Shown here: positions 55,888 through 64,000 of the stretch, piece after piece
Layout: the number at the start of each line of letters is the position of its first letter
Numbering within the stretch: position 1 is the stretch's first letter
NCBI GenBank assembly: GCA_964590665.1
Contig: CAZPWA010000001.1
Location: 12,483-76,482 of the forward strand
Length of the DNA stretch: 64,000 bases
Direction of reading: 5' to 3'
From: Candidatus Micrarchaeota archaeon
GTDB taxonomy: Archaea > Micrarchaeota > Micrarchaeia > Anstonellales > Bilamarchaeaceae
Notes under the pieces: generated by a model
Seen by the model: the letters and a program-made list of their open reading frames with translations, nothing else
Databases searched by the model: none
What the model was told of the DNA's origin: nothing
Translations under genes and position numbers: made by a program

Positions 55888-57189
55888 GTGGGAAACATGA
55901 AAAAAGTATATATTGAAACTTATGGTTGCACTCTAAATTCTGCTGATAGTGATATTCTAAGTGCAATTCTAAAAGAAAAAAATTATGAAATAGTTGATGA
56001 TGCGTCTTCTTCTGATGTGGTCGTTGTAAACACATGCACTGTTAAAGGCACAACTGAAAATAAAATTCGTGAAAGAGTTAGGTCCTTAGTTGGTTCTGAT
56101 AAACCACTTGTGATTGCCGGATGCATGAGCGCAAATGAAAAGCGAATAAGGAAGTTTGCGCCAAATTCCCCTATTTTAGGAACTTCTTCCCTTTCCTCAA
56201 TTGTTGATGCTGTTGAAAGTGCATACAAAAAAGAAAAACCAAAATTCTATGGTTCTTTTGAAAGCAAAGATGCACTTCCAAAAATCATATCTGCTCCAAT
56301 TATGCGCATCCCAATTAATGATGGCTGCACTTCTTCATGTAATTTTTGCCAAACTAAACTTGCCCGTCCTTTTTTACGTTCATACACTCCAAAAACAATT
56401 GTCAAATGGATTCATGAGGCAGTAAATTCCGGCGCACGCGAAATTCAATTAACTTCCATGGATAGCGGCGCTTATGGTTTAGATATCAAAACAAATCTTC
56501 CTTCTCTTCTTGATAAAATTGCAAATGATGATAGTGATGAAGCTCCAACTTCAACAAATTATTTGGTTCGACTTGGTATGATAAACCCAAATCACGCAAA
56601 AAGGATGGTTCGTGAACTTTCAAAATTCCTAAATCATTTTCGTTTTTACAAATTTTTGCATCTTCCTCTTCAAAGTGGCTCTGAAAAAGTGTGCAAAGAA
56701 ATGAATCGTGATCACTCTGTTGAAGATTATCTAAAAATCGCACAAAGCCTTTATGATTCTGTGGATTCTTTTACTTTATCGACCGATATAATTGTTGGTT
56801 ATCCAACTGAATCCGACTCGGATTTTGAAGATACTTTAAAAGCAATTGAAAAAACAAAACCTTCAATTGTAAATGTTTCTCGCTTTAGTCCAAGACCAGG
56901 AACAAAAGCAAAAGAACTTCCTCCTCTTCCAAATGAACTTGTCAAAGAAAGAGTTGCAACTCTCAATTCTCTTCTCAAACCTATTTTGGAAGAAAATAGG
57001 CGAAAATTTGTCGGAAAAACCTATCCTGTTTTAGTTACTGAAAAATCAAAAGATTATAAAGGCCGTTTGCCTAATTATCTTCAAGTCGTTTTAAAAGACT
57101 TCAATGGTGAATTGGGAACTTTTGTCAAAGCAAAAATCGTTGATTCTAGTCACAATTCTCTTTTTGGAGAAATCATTAATGGTGAATAA
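55888..57189 (+). CDS. mtaB: tRNA methylthiotransferase, MiaB-like (archaeal/eukaryotic MtaB/CDKAL1 type)
   Basis: MTTase N-domain cysteines (YGCTLN...NTCTV), radical-SAM 'CTSSCNFCQTK', C-terminal TRAM domain; 433 aa. Confidence 0.85.
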   Translation: MGNMKKVYIETYGCTLNSADSDILSAILKEKNYEIVDDASSSDVVVVNTCTVKGTTENKIRERVRSLVGSDKPLVIAGCMSANEKRIRKFAPNSPILGTSSLSSIVDAVESAYKKEKPKFYGSFESKDALPKIISAPIMRIPINDGCTSSCNFCQTKLARPFLRSYTPKTIVKWIHEAVNSGAREIQLTSMDSGAYGLDIKTNLPSLLDKIANDDSDEAPTSTNYLVRLGMINPNHAKRMVRELSKFLNHFRFYKFLHLPLQSGSEKVCKEMNRDHSVEDYLKIAQSLYDSVDSFTLSTDIIVGYPTESDSDFEDTLKAIEKTKPSIVNVSRFSPRPGTKAKELPPLPNELVKERVATLNSLLKPILEENRRKFVGKTYPVLVTEKSKDYKGRLPNYLQVVLKDFNGELGTFVKAKIVDSSHNSLFGEIINGE

Positions 57190-57720
57190 ATGATTATTCT
57201 GATGGGCCTTCCTGGAGCTGGAAAATCTACTGTTTTAAAATCTCTCAAAACTGATTATCAAATTCTTAATTGGGGAGACTTGATGTTTGAAATCGAGAAA
57301 AAGGAATTTGGCATTCAAAATCGGGATGAAATGCGAAAAATTCCAATTGAAAAACAAAAATGGGTTCAGGAGATGGTTGCAAAATCTCTTTCCAAAATGA
57401 GTGGAAAAATACTTTTGGATACTCACTGCTCTGTTTCAACTCCAAATGGTTTTTTCCCCGGCTTGCCCTATAATTTACTTAAAGAACTTAATGTTGATGC
57501 ATTAGTTCTTCTTACTGCAAATCCTTCTGAAATTGCAAAAAGGCGTGCAAATGATCCATCTCGAAAAAGAGATTCTGATGATGTTGCATTGCACGATCAG
57601 ATGAATCGATCCTTTTTAGCTGCATACTCTGCATTTAGTGGTGCCCCTGCCGTTGTTATTGAAAATAATGAAGGAAAACTATCTGATGCAGTTGCAAAAT
57701 TACAATCTCTTTTGAAATAA
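57190..57720 (+). CDS. adkA: Adenylate kinase, archaeal type
   Basis: P-loop 'MGLPGAGKSTV'. Size (176 aa) and sequence fit the archaeal AdkA family rather than bacterial Adk. Confidence 0.8.
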   Translation: MIILMGLPGAGKSTVLKSLKTDYQILNWGDLMFEIEKKEFGIQNRDEMRKIPIEKQKWVQEMVAKSLSKMSGKILLDTHCSVSTPNGFFPGLPYNLLKELNVDALVLLTANPSEIAKRRANDPSRKRDSDDVALHDQMNRSFLAAYSAFSGAPAVVIENNEGKLSDAVAKLQSLLK

Positions 57721-57774
57721 TTTTTCAACCTTTCTCCCCACATATTTTCTCTTTAAAAACCTTTTTTCTGATTT

Positions 57775-59895
57775 ATGCAAATGCGTTTATTTGTTATTCT
57801 GGCACTTTTGTGTGCTCTGGGTCTTTCATTTTCAAGTGTGGTTAATTTCACTACTCCGACCAACGGAACCATTTTTTCAAATGCCACTTCGTATGTTTTT
57901 AATGCAACTGCAACTCAACTTGAAGCTTCTCCTATGAGTGTTTTGAATTGGTCTTGGAACGGAAGCTCCTATGTTTTTTATAATGGTTCTCTTCTTGCAA
58001 TGTATGATTTTGATAATGTAAGTTCTCTTGGCGAAAACGATTCATTGGTCGTTGATTCAAGTCTTAATTCTAATAATGTCAGTTGTTCAAATTGCTCCCT
58101 TTGGTCAAGTTCTGGTAAATATGGAGGCGCATTTACTTTTGATGGAGTTGATGACTACTTTAATGGAAGCCGCTCAACTTCTCTTGAAGTTCAAACTCTC
58201 TCCATTGAATCTTGGATATATATCGATTCTTCTCCTGGAATTCGCAGTGCCATTGCCACTTATGGTTATGGAACTACTGCCGGAGGTCCAATTGACGGTT
58301 CTGCAGAATCCTATTCTCTTTCCTATCAAAATGATATTAGTTCTTTTAGATTTAGGTTAAAAGATGCCGTTGGAGCCAATTTTATTGATCTATACTCTTC
58401 TTCAAGCACCCCTCTGGCCGAAATCCAGAATCAGTGGGTTCATGTTGTTGCAACATGGGATGGAACAAATGCAAAAATATACAAAAATGGCCAGCTTCAC
58501 TTATCAGCCACTAACGCGGGAACTATAAACTATTTTGCTGATCCCGAATCAAAATTACGAATTGGAAATTGGTTTGGTAATGATGAACGTTGGTTTAAAG
58601 GAAAAATTGACTCTGTAAGAATTTATGGCAGATCTTTCAACTCTTCTGAAGTTCTTGAACACTATTATTCGGATCTTTCTAAATTTAATACTACTTCTTG
58701 GATTTTCTATTCAAATCATTCCACCTCAAACGAGGGTCAAAATACCTATGGAATGTGCATGCTTGATTCATCAAATGATCTAAATTGTACTCTGACTAAA
58801 AATCTCACAATTGATCGAACTGCTCCATCTATTTCTTTGCTCTCTCCAACTGATGATCATGCTCTGACGCCTTCCTTCGCTTCTGCCTCATTTTTATTCA
58901 ATGCGACTGATGCATTATCTTCAAATCTGAGCTGCTCATTTATTTTTGGTGGATCTTCCATTTCTTCAAATTCCTCCGTTTTCAATTCTTCAATCACAAC
59001 TTTTTCACATACTGTTACTTCAAGCGCTTCCTGGTATATTTCCTGCTCTGATCTTGCTGGAAATAATGCAAACAGTTCGACTTATTCAATTCGCTTTTCT
59101 CCCCAGCCTAGTTCTTCTCAATCTAGTTCTTCCTCACGAATTCGATCTTCTATTGATTCTTCATGCAATCAAAATACTCTCACTACCAACCCTTCGGATG
59201 TAGATGTTGAGATTAGTGATGACTCAAATGGAGAAGTGATTTTTGAAGGTTCTACTGATTCCTCGGGTAAATTTACTTTTGAGGGTTGCGGAAAAACCAT
59301 TCGTTATTCTCTTTCAAAATCCGGCTATCGCTCTACGCATGGGGTTGAAAATCTTGATTCCTGCTCTTGTCTTAGTGAAAGCGTGGATGATTCTCAAACT
59401 TCATCAACTGAAAACTCCGTTGTTTCTTCCGATCTTATCTCTGATTCAACTCCTTCTTCAACTTCAGAAGTAGTTGCTTTGAATTCAACTCCTTCACCTT
59501 CTCTTGTTGCTCCTCTTAGTGCAAGTGTTGGTGATTCCGTAACTATCAGATCAGAATCTTGTCGTGGCTGCACTCTTGTTGTTGATGATCCTTCTGGAAT
59601 TGTTTTGAGAATTGAATTGGGTGATTCGCAGACAACCACTATTTCAATTGGAAAAGAAGGAAACTACCAATTCTCTCTTTTAAAAGACGGAGAAATTATT
59701 GCCCGCTCCTCTTTAGTTTCTTCTTCCATCCCATCTCTTGCAGTTCCCTCACTACAAAAAGAATCTAACTCAACTCCTCCTCAAAAAATACCAACAACTC
59801 CAAATTCCAATTCCTGGCTTTTGCCCTTTATTGTAGTTTTGATTGTTGTTGTCGGATCAGTTGTGTATCTTTTTGTACTCAAAAAGAAAAAATAA
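57775..59895 (+). CDS. Cell-surface protein with a LamG/concanavalin-A-like lectin domain, Ser/Thr-rich stalk and C-terminal TM anchor (S-layer/adhesin candidate)
   Basis: Signal peptide; LamG-like block 'WVHVVATWDGTNAKIYKNGQL...KGKIDSVRIYGRSF'; Ser-rich low-complexity region; C-terminus '...NSNSWLLPFIVVLIVVVGSVVYLFVLKKKK'; 706 aa. Confidence 0.6.
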   Translation: MQMRLFVILALLCALGLSFSSVVNFTTPTNGTIFSNATSYVFNATATQLEASPMSVLNWSWNGSSYVFYNGSLLAMYDFDNVSSLGENDSLVVDSSLNSNNVSCSNCSLWSSSGKYGGAFTFDGVDDYFNGSRSTSLEVQTLSIESWIYIDSSPGIRSAIATYGYGTTAGGPIDGSAESYSLSYQNDISSFRFRLKDAVGANFIDLYSSSSTPLAEIQNQWVHVVATWDGTNAKIYKNGQLHLSATNAGTINYFADPESKLRIGNWFGNDERWFKGKIDSVRIYGRSFNSSEVLEHYYSDLSKFNTTSWIFYSNHSTSNEGQNTYGMCMLDSSNDLNCTLTKNLTIDRTAPSISLLSPTDDHALTPSFASASFLFNATDALSSNLSCSFIFGGSSISSNSSVFNSSITTFSHTVTSSASWYISCSDLAGNNANSSTYSIRFSPQPSSSQSSSSSRIRSSIDSSCNQNTLTTNPSDVDVEISDDSNGEVIFEGSTDSSGKFTFEGCGKTIRYSLSKSGYRSTHGVENLDSCSCLSESVDDSQTSSTENSVVSSDLISDSTPSSTSEVVALNSTPSPSLVAPLSASVGDSVTIRSESCRGCTLVVDDPSGIVLRIELGDSQTTTISIGKEGNYQFSLLKDGEIIARSSLVSSSIPSLAVPSLQKESNSTPPQKIPTTPNSNSWLLPFIVVLIVVVGSVVYLFVLKKKK

Positions 59896-59976
59896 TTATT
59901 TTGGTAATTTTTGTTTTTTTGTGTTTTTTTATCATTTTTAAATAGCCTTTAAATATTTCCACAACATATTTTTTTT

Positions 59977-61251
59977 ATGATTGACATAAAACTAGTTAGG
60001 GAAAACATTGAAACTGTCGAACAATCTCTGGTTAATCGTAATTCCTCTCCTGAAGTTATGAATGTCTTATCTCACATAAAACAATTAGATAAAGAATGGA
60101 GATCCGTAAAAAAAGAGGAGGATCTTTTAAGGGCCGAAAGAAACAAGCTTAGTCTTGCAATTAATGAAAAAAAGAAAAAAGGCGAAAATGTAGATGGTGA
60201 AATAAAGCGATCCTCTGAAGTATCTTCTCGAATAAAACAAATTTCTGTTGAAACTTCTGATTTTGAAGCACAAATCAAGGGAGATTTAATGCTTATACCA
60301 AATCTTCCTGATTCTTCAGTTCCAATTGGAAAAGATGAAACTCAAAATCCTGAAGTTCGAAAAGTTGGAATTCCGAAGAAAAAATCATCTGATGTTTTGG
60401 ATCATCATACTTGGGGTGAAAAAACCGGTTTGATTGATTTTGAAAAAGGGGTAAAGCTTTCCGGGCACCGCTTTACTGTTACTTACGGTCAAGTTGCAAA
60501 GCTTGAAAGGGCTCTTATTAACTTTATGCTTGCAACACACACTAAAAACGGTTATCTGGAAGTTGCTCCTCCCTATTTGGTTAGCACCAAGACCATAACT
60601 GGAACCGGGCAATTGCCCAAATTCAAGGAAGATTTGTATTCAACTCAGGATGATTTATGGTTAATCCCAACTGCTGAAGTTCCTCTGACCAATCTTTTTG
60701 CAGATGAAATAATGGATGAAAAATCCCTTCCAAAAAAAGTTACTGCATATACTCCTTGCTTTAGGCGGGAAGCAGGTTCTTACGGAAAAGACATTCGCGG
60801 TTTGATTAGACAACACCAATTTGATAAAGTTGAATTGGTCAAATTTTCAACTCAAGAAAACAGCTTCAGTGAGCTTGAATCGTTGGTGGCTGATGCTGAA
60901 TCAATTTTGAAGCTTTTGGATCTACCTTATAGAGTAATTTCTCTTTGCACTGGAGATATGGGCTTTGCAAGCGCAAAAACCTATGATATTGAGGTCTGGC
61001 TACCTTCTCAAGATAAATACAGGGAAATTTCCTCCTGTTCAAATTGTACTGATTTCCAATCCCGCCGTGCAAATATTCGTTATCGTTCAAGTGAGGGAAG
61101 CATGAAATTCGTTCACACCTTAAATGGCAGCGGCCTTGCAGTTGGACGAACTCTTCTTGCAATTTTGGAAAACTACCAAGAAGATAAAAGTACGGTTGTA
61201 ATTCCAAAAGTTTTGCGGGATTTTATGGGAACTGATTCAATTAGAATTTGA
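59977..61251 (+). CDS. serS: Seryl-tRNA synthetase
   Basis: N-terminal coiled-coil arm; class II motifs ('FRREAGSYGKDIRGLIRQHQFDKVE', 'GSGLAVGRTLLAILENYQ'); 424 aa. Confidence 0.9.
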   Translation: MIDIKLVRENIETVEQSLVNRNSSPEVMNVLSHIKQLDKEWRSVKKEEDLLRAERNKLSLAINEKKKKGENVDGEIKRSSEVSSRIKQISVETSDFEAQIKGDLMLIPNLPDSSVPIGKDETQNPEVRKVGIPKKKSSDVLDHHTWGEKTGLIDFEKGVKLSGHRFTVTYGQVAKLERALINFMLATHTKNGYLEVAPPYLVSTKTITGTGQLPKFKEDLYSTQDDLWLIPTAEVPLTNLFADEIMDEKSLPKKVTAYTPCFRREAGSYGKDIRGLIRQHQFDKVELVKFSTQENSFSELESLVADAESILKLLDLPYRVISLCTGDMGFASAKTYDIEVWLPSQDKYREISSCSNCTDFQSRRANIRYRSSEGSMKFVHTLNGSGLAVGRTLLAILENYQEDKSTVVIPKVLRDFMGTDSIRI

Positions 61252-61256
61252 TTTTC

Positions 61257-62009
61257 ATGAAAAAGGATCCTGATTCTTCATTAATTTTTTATTACAAAAG
61301 CCCCACTTCCGGAGCAACTTACTTTACTGATCCGGACGGAAACTTGTATTATGAAAAAGATTCTGAAAAATACAAACTCTCTATTTTTGATTCTCATCTT
61401 TACAAATTGCGTGTGTATGAAGGCATTCCTGTTCTTGAAATTGATGGTCTTCGAATGCAATTGCTTAAAGATTTCAAAAACCCTCTAGAATATGCTTCTT
61501 TAGTTGCCTCTTCTTTAACTATTCCGGCAAAAGGAAACTTTTCTGCACTAGACACTTGCATGGGTCTTGGCTATACTTCAACCGCTCTTTCCAAAAATCC
61601 CTCTATTTCCAAAATTACCACAATTGAACTTTCTGATGCAGTTTACAAGCTTGCTTCTTTTAATCCATACTCTGAAGAACTCTTCAAAAAAGGTTCAAAA
61701 ATTGAAATTTTGAGAGGAGATTCTTTTGAACTAATTAAAACTTTTCCTGACTCTTGCTTTGATTTTATTATTCACGATCCACCTAGATATTCCCACGCTC
61801 CTCTTCTCTATTCTAATGAATTTTATTCCCAACTATTTCGTGTTTCAAAACCAAATGCAACTCTATTTCACTATGTAGGTTCGATTGGCAAATTCAGCGG
61901 CCGTGACATTGTAAAAGAAGCACAAAATCGACTTATCTCGTGTGGTTTTGCTTCATTTGTTATTGATAAGAAACTACAAGGACTTATTTTCAAAAAACCT
62001 AGTTTATAA
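61257..62009 (+). CDS. Putative SAM-dependent (amino-group) methyltransferase with a DPP(R)Y motif
   Basis: 'LDTCMGLGYTSTAL' (motif I-like) and 'FDFIIHDPPRYS' (motif IV D/NPPY-like). The ORF-track start 61248 is TTG; the first ATG is 61257. Confidence 0.5.
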   Translation: MKKDPDSSLIFYYKSPTSGATYFTDPDGNLYYEKDSEKYKLSIFDSHLYKLRVYEGIPVLEIDGLRMQLLKDFKNPLEYASLVASSLTIPAKGNFSALDTCMGLGYTSTALSKNPSISKITTIELSDAVYKLASFNPYSEELFKKGSKIEILRGDSFELIKTFPDSCFDFIIHDPPRYSHAPLLYSNEFYSQLFRVSKPNATLFHYVGSIGKFSGRDIVKEAQNRLISCGFASFVIDKKLQGLIFKKPSL

Positions 62010-62032
62010 ATTTCCTCTTCTAAATTTTTCTA

Positions 62033-62947
62033 ATGTCAATTATTCGTGCTTTATCCATTTCAAAAATTTTTTTCCAAAAGGGAACCTCAATTACTGCTTT
62101 AGACGATTTATCTCTTGAAATTAATGAAGGTGAAATATTTGGCATTTTAGGTCCAAATGGTGCTGGAAAAACAACCCTCATAAGTATTCTTTCTGGTCTT
62201 TTATCTGCCGATTCAGGAAAAATCTTCATCAATGGTATTTCTATTTCTGATTCCCCTCAAACCATAAAAAATGCTATGAATGTGGTTTCTGGTTTTACTG
62301 GAATCCTATATAATCTCAATGTTCTTGAGGCTCTCACCTATTATTCTCTTCTTTATGGAAAAACTCCCAAGAATCAAGATCTTCAAAACCTTATTGATCT
62401 TGTTGGGCTAAATGGCTTTGAAAAATCCGACGCAGAAAGCCTCTCATCCGGAAACAAACAAAAATTCCTCATTGCCCGCAGCCTTCTAAATAATCCTAAA
62501 ATTCTTTTTTTAGATGAACCTACTGTTGGTCTGGATGTCGAATCATCACAAAATATTCGCCAACTAATTCAAAATCTTAAAAAATCAGGAAAAACCCTCA
62601 TTTTAACTACCCACAACATGGCGGAAGCCGAATTTCTTTGCGATAGGATTGCAATCATCAAGAGCGGCAAACTGGTTGCTTTGGATTCTCCTCAAAAACT
62701 TAGGGAAAAATTTGAAATGCCTCTTTCCTTTGAATTGGAATCTGTGGATGATTCATTATTTGATCAATTTAGACAAATTCCCAATTCTGTTTTTTCAAAT
62801 TCCGGCAAGCATCTTAAAATCCAAATCCCCAAATCTGCATTGCCTTACTTTTTGTCTCTTCTTTCCAAAAATCCTTCCAAAATCATTTCATTAAAATCAA
62901 TTGAAGATCCTTTTGATGATGTTTTTTTAAATATTTTAAAGCGGTGA
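62033..62947 (+). CDS. ABC transporter ATP-binding protein (ABC-2/DrrA-like exporter type)
   Basis: Walker A GPNGAGKTT, signature LSSGNKQK, Walker B ILFLDEPTVGLD; 304 aa. Confidence 0.85.
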   Translation: MSIIRALSISKIFFQKGTSITALDDLSLEINEGEIFGILGPNGAGKTTLISILSGLLSADSGKIFINGISISDSPQTIKNAMNVVSGFTGILYNLNVLEALTYYSLLYGKTPKNQDLQNLIDLVGLNGFEKSDAESLSSGNKQKFLIARSLLNNPKILFLDEPTVGLDVESSQNIRQLIQNLKKSGKTLILTTHNMAEAEFLCDRIAIIKSGKLVALDSPQKLREKFEMPLSFELESVDDSLFDQFRQIPNSVFSNSGKHLKIQIPKSALPYFLSLLSKNPSKIISLKSIEDPFDDVFLNILKR

Positions 62948-62951
62948 TAAA

Positions 62952-63734
62952 ATGCAATTTCTTCCTCTTTTAGTGCGAATTTTTTCCCAATTCTACAAAA
63001 ATCTTCATGGTATTTTTAGAAACCATTTTCGCCTTGCAGATGTTTTTCTTTGGCCATTAATCTACCTTTTTACCTTGAGTTTTTTCATTTCGTATGCCAA
63101 AATGGATTCCATCTATATCAATATAATTGTTTTAGGGATGATCGGCTGGAGGGCAATTTATTTTATGTCTGCTGAATTGGTTTCTTCATATATGGAAGAT
63201 TATTGGTCAAAATCACTTGCGCTCTTACACATATCTCCTATAAGTCGATTTGAATTTGCGCTAGGATCCTCCCTATCTGGTCTTTTCAAAACAATTATTG
63301 TAATAATTATTTATTTTCTTGTCTCTTCCAATCTTTACTCTTTTGGCATTGCTCGCTTTGACTTGTTTTTAATCGGGCTTTTCTTCCTCATTGTCTGTGG
63401 TTTTTCATTAGGATTATTGGTTTTGGGACTAACCTATGAAAATAGGGAATCTTCATTTAGTCTTTCATTTCTCATCCCCGATATTGTTGCCTTGATTTCA
63501 GGAGTTTATTTTTCTATTTCAGATGTTTTTCCTCCAGCTGTTTCATCTCTTCTTAACTATCTTCCAACTGTTCATGCATTTAATGCAATTAAATCTGCAT
63601 CGGGTCTTGATTTTGCATTCGATCTTCCGTATTTGTTCTTTTCATCAATTTTATTTGTGATTATTTGTGAGAGAATAAACTTGCTTTTCTATCTGCGTGC
63701 TAAAAAATCCGGTAAACTTGGTCGCTTTGGATAG
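62952..63734 (+). CDS. ABC-2 family transporter permease
   Basis: 6-TM protein directly downstream of the ABC-2 ATPase; 260 aa. Confidence 0.7.
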   Translation: MQFLPLLVRIFSQFYKNLHGIFRNHFRLADVFLWPLIYLFTLSFFISYAKMDSIYINIIVLGMIGWRAIYFMSAELVSSYMEDYWSKSLALLHISPISRFEFALGSSLSGLFKTIIVIIIYFLVSSNLYSFGIARFDLFLIGLFFLIVCGFSLGLLVLGLTYENRESSFSLSFLIPDIVALISGVYFSISDVFPPAVSSLLNYLPTVHAFNAIKSASGLDFAFDLPYLFFSSILFVIICERINLLFYLRAKKSGKLGRFG

Positions 63735-63773
63735 ATTTATATAGTTAAAATGTTTTTTCTATTCTGATATAAA

Positions 63774-63929
63774 ATGCCAAAAACTGTTGAAATTTGTGCT
63801 AATTGTGGTAAGCTTTCTAAGTCTCAATCTGATTCATTTCTTTGCTCTTCTTGTGGAAGTGAAATTGCAGTAGTTATTCCTTATCCTACGTTTTTATCTA
63901 TGGTAAAATCAGGTTATGCTCGTGAATAA
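63774..63929 (+). CDS. Small zinc-ribbon protein (51 aa)
   Basis: Hand translation: MPKTVEICANCGKLSKSQSDSFLCSSCGSEIAVVIPYPTFLSMVKSGYARE, with CxxC...CxxC. Below the ORF-track cut-off. Confidence 0.35.
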   Translation: MPKTVEICANCGKLSKSQSDSFLCSSCGSEIAVVIPYPTFLSMVKSGYARE

Positions 63930-64000
63930 CGAACCTTTATAAATCTCAGAGTATTTGTTTTTTTATGGAAGGAAAAATAGTCCAAGATGAAATTTGGATT

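Overview
Archaeal chromosomal segment, AT-rich, with archaeal-type information-processing genes (Alba, ABCE1, aRF1, diphthine synthase, S4e/L32e/L19e, archaeal adenylate kinase) and very high coding density. Many genes overlap by 4 nt. The ORF track treats GTG and TTG as starts (e.g. GTG at 713, 8856 and 51730; TTG at 61248), so several starts were moved to the nearest plausible ATG. The window breaks down as follows. (i) 1-4 kb: the 3' end of HMG-CoA reductase, then a surface-glycan/lipid-carrier module (GT4 phosphosugar transferase, NAD-epimerase, sugar-1-P nucleotidyltransferase, DUF92 membrane protein). (ii) 4-10 kb: Alba, ABCE1, a branched-chain aminotransferase, and a NitT/TauT-type ABC importer with a fused double permease. 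(iii) 10.7 kb: an intron-containing tRNA-Pro(CGG) with a recognisable bulge-helix-bulge splice motif. (iv) 12-21.5 kb: a lipoylation and 2-oxoacid-dehydrogenase supermodule (lipA, E1alpha, E1beta, E2, E3, and a split lplB/lplA lipoate ligase) interrupted by a divergent tdh/kbl threonine-catabolism pair. (v) 21.5-25 kb: an uncharacterised secreted protein and partner. (vi) 25-33 kb: aRF1, a beta-carbonic-anhydrase-purE-purK operon, a hypothetical gene with no start codon, and glmS. (vii) 33-47 kb: L11, a HEAT-repeat protein, diphthine synthase, bacterial-type GlpX plus class II FBP aldolase, a long class IV aminotransferase, a PPDK_N-only ATP-grasp protein, class II RNR and GluRS. (viii) 47.9-57.7 kb: a ribosomal-protein operon (S17 through L15, secY) that starts abruptly after about 1 kb of low-coding DNA, then mtaB and adkA. 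(ix) 57.8-64 kb: a LamG surface protein, SerS, a methyltransferase and an ABC-2 exporter. No CRISPR array, rRNA or clear mobile element was seen. The best candidates for undescribed biology are the start-less hypothetical at 28.6-29.7 kb, the PPDK_N/class-IV-aminotransferase pair, the secreted 700-aa protein with its partner, the two surface proteins with sorting-signal-like C-termini, and the broken junction upstream of S17.
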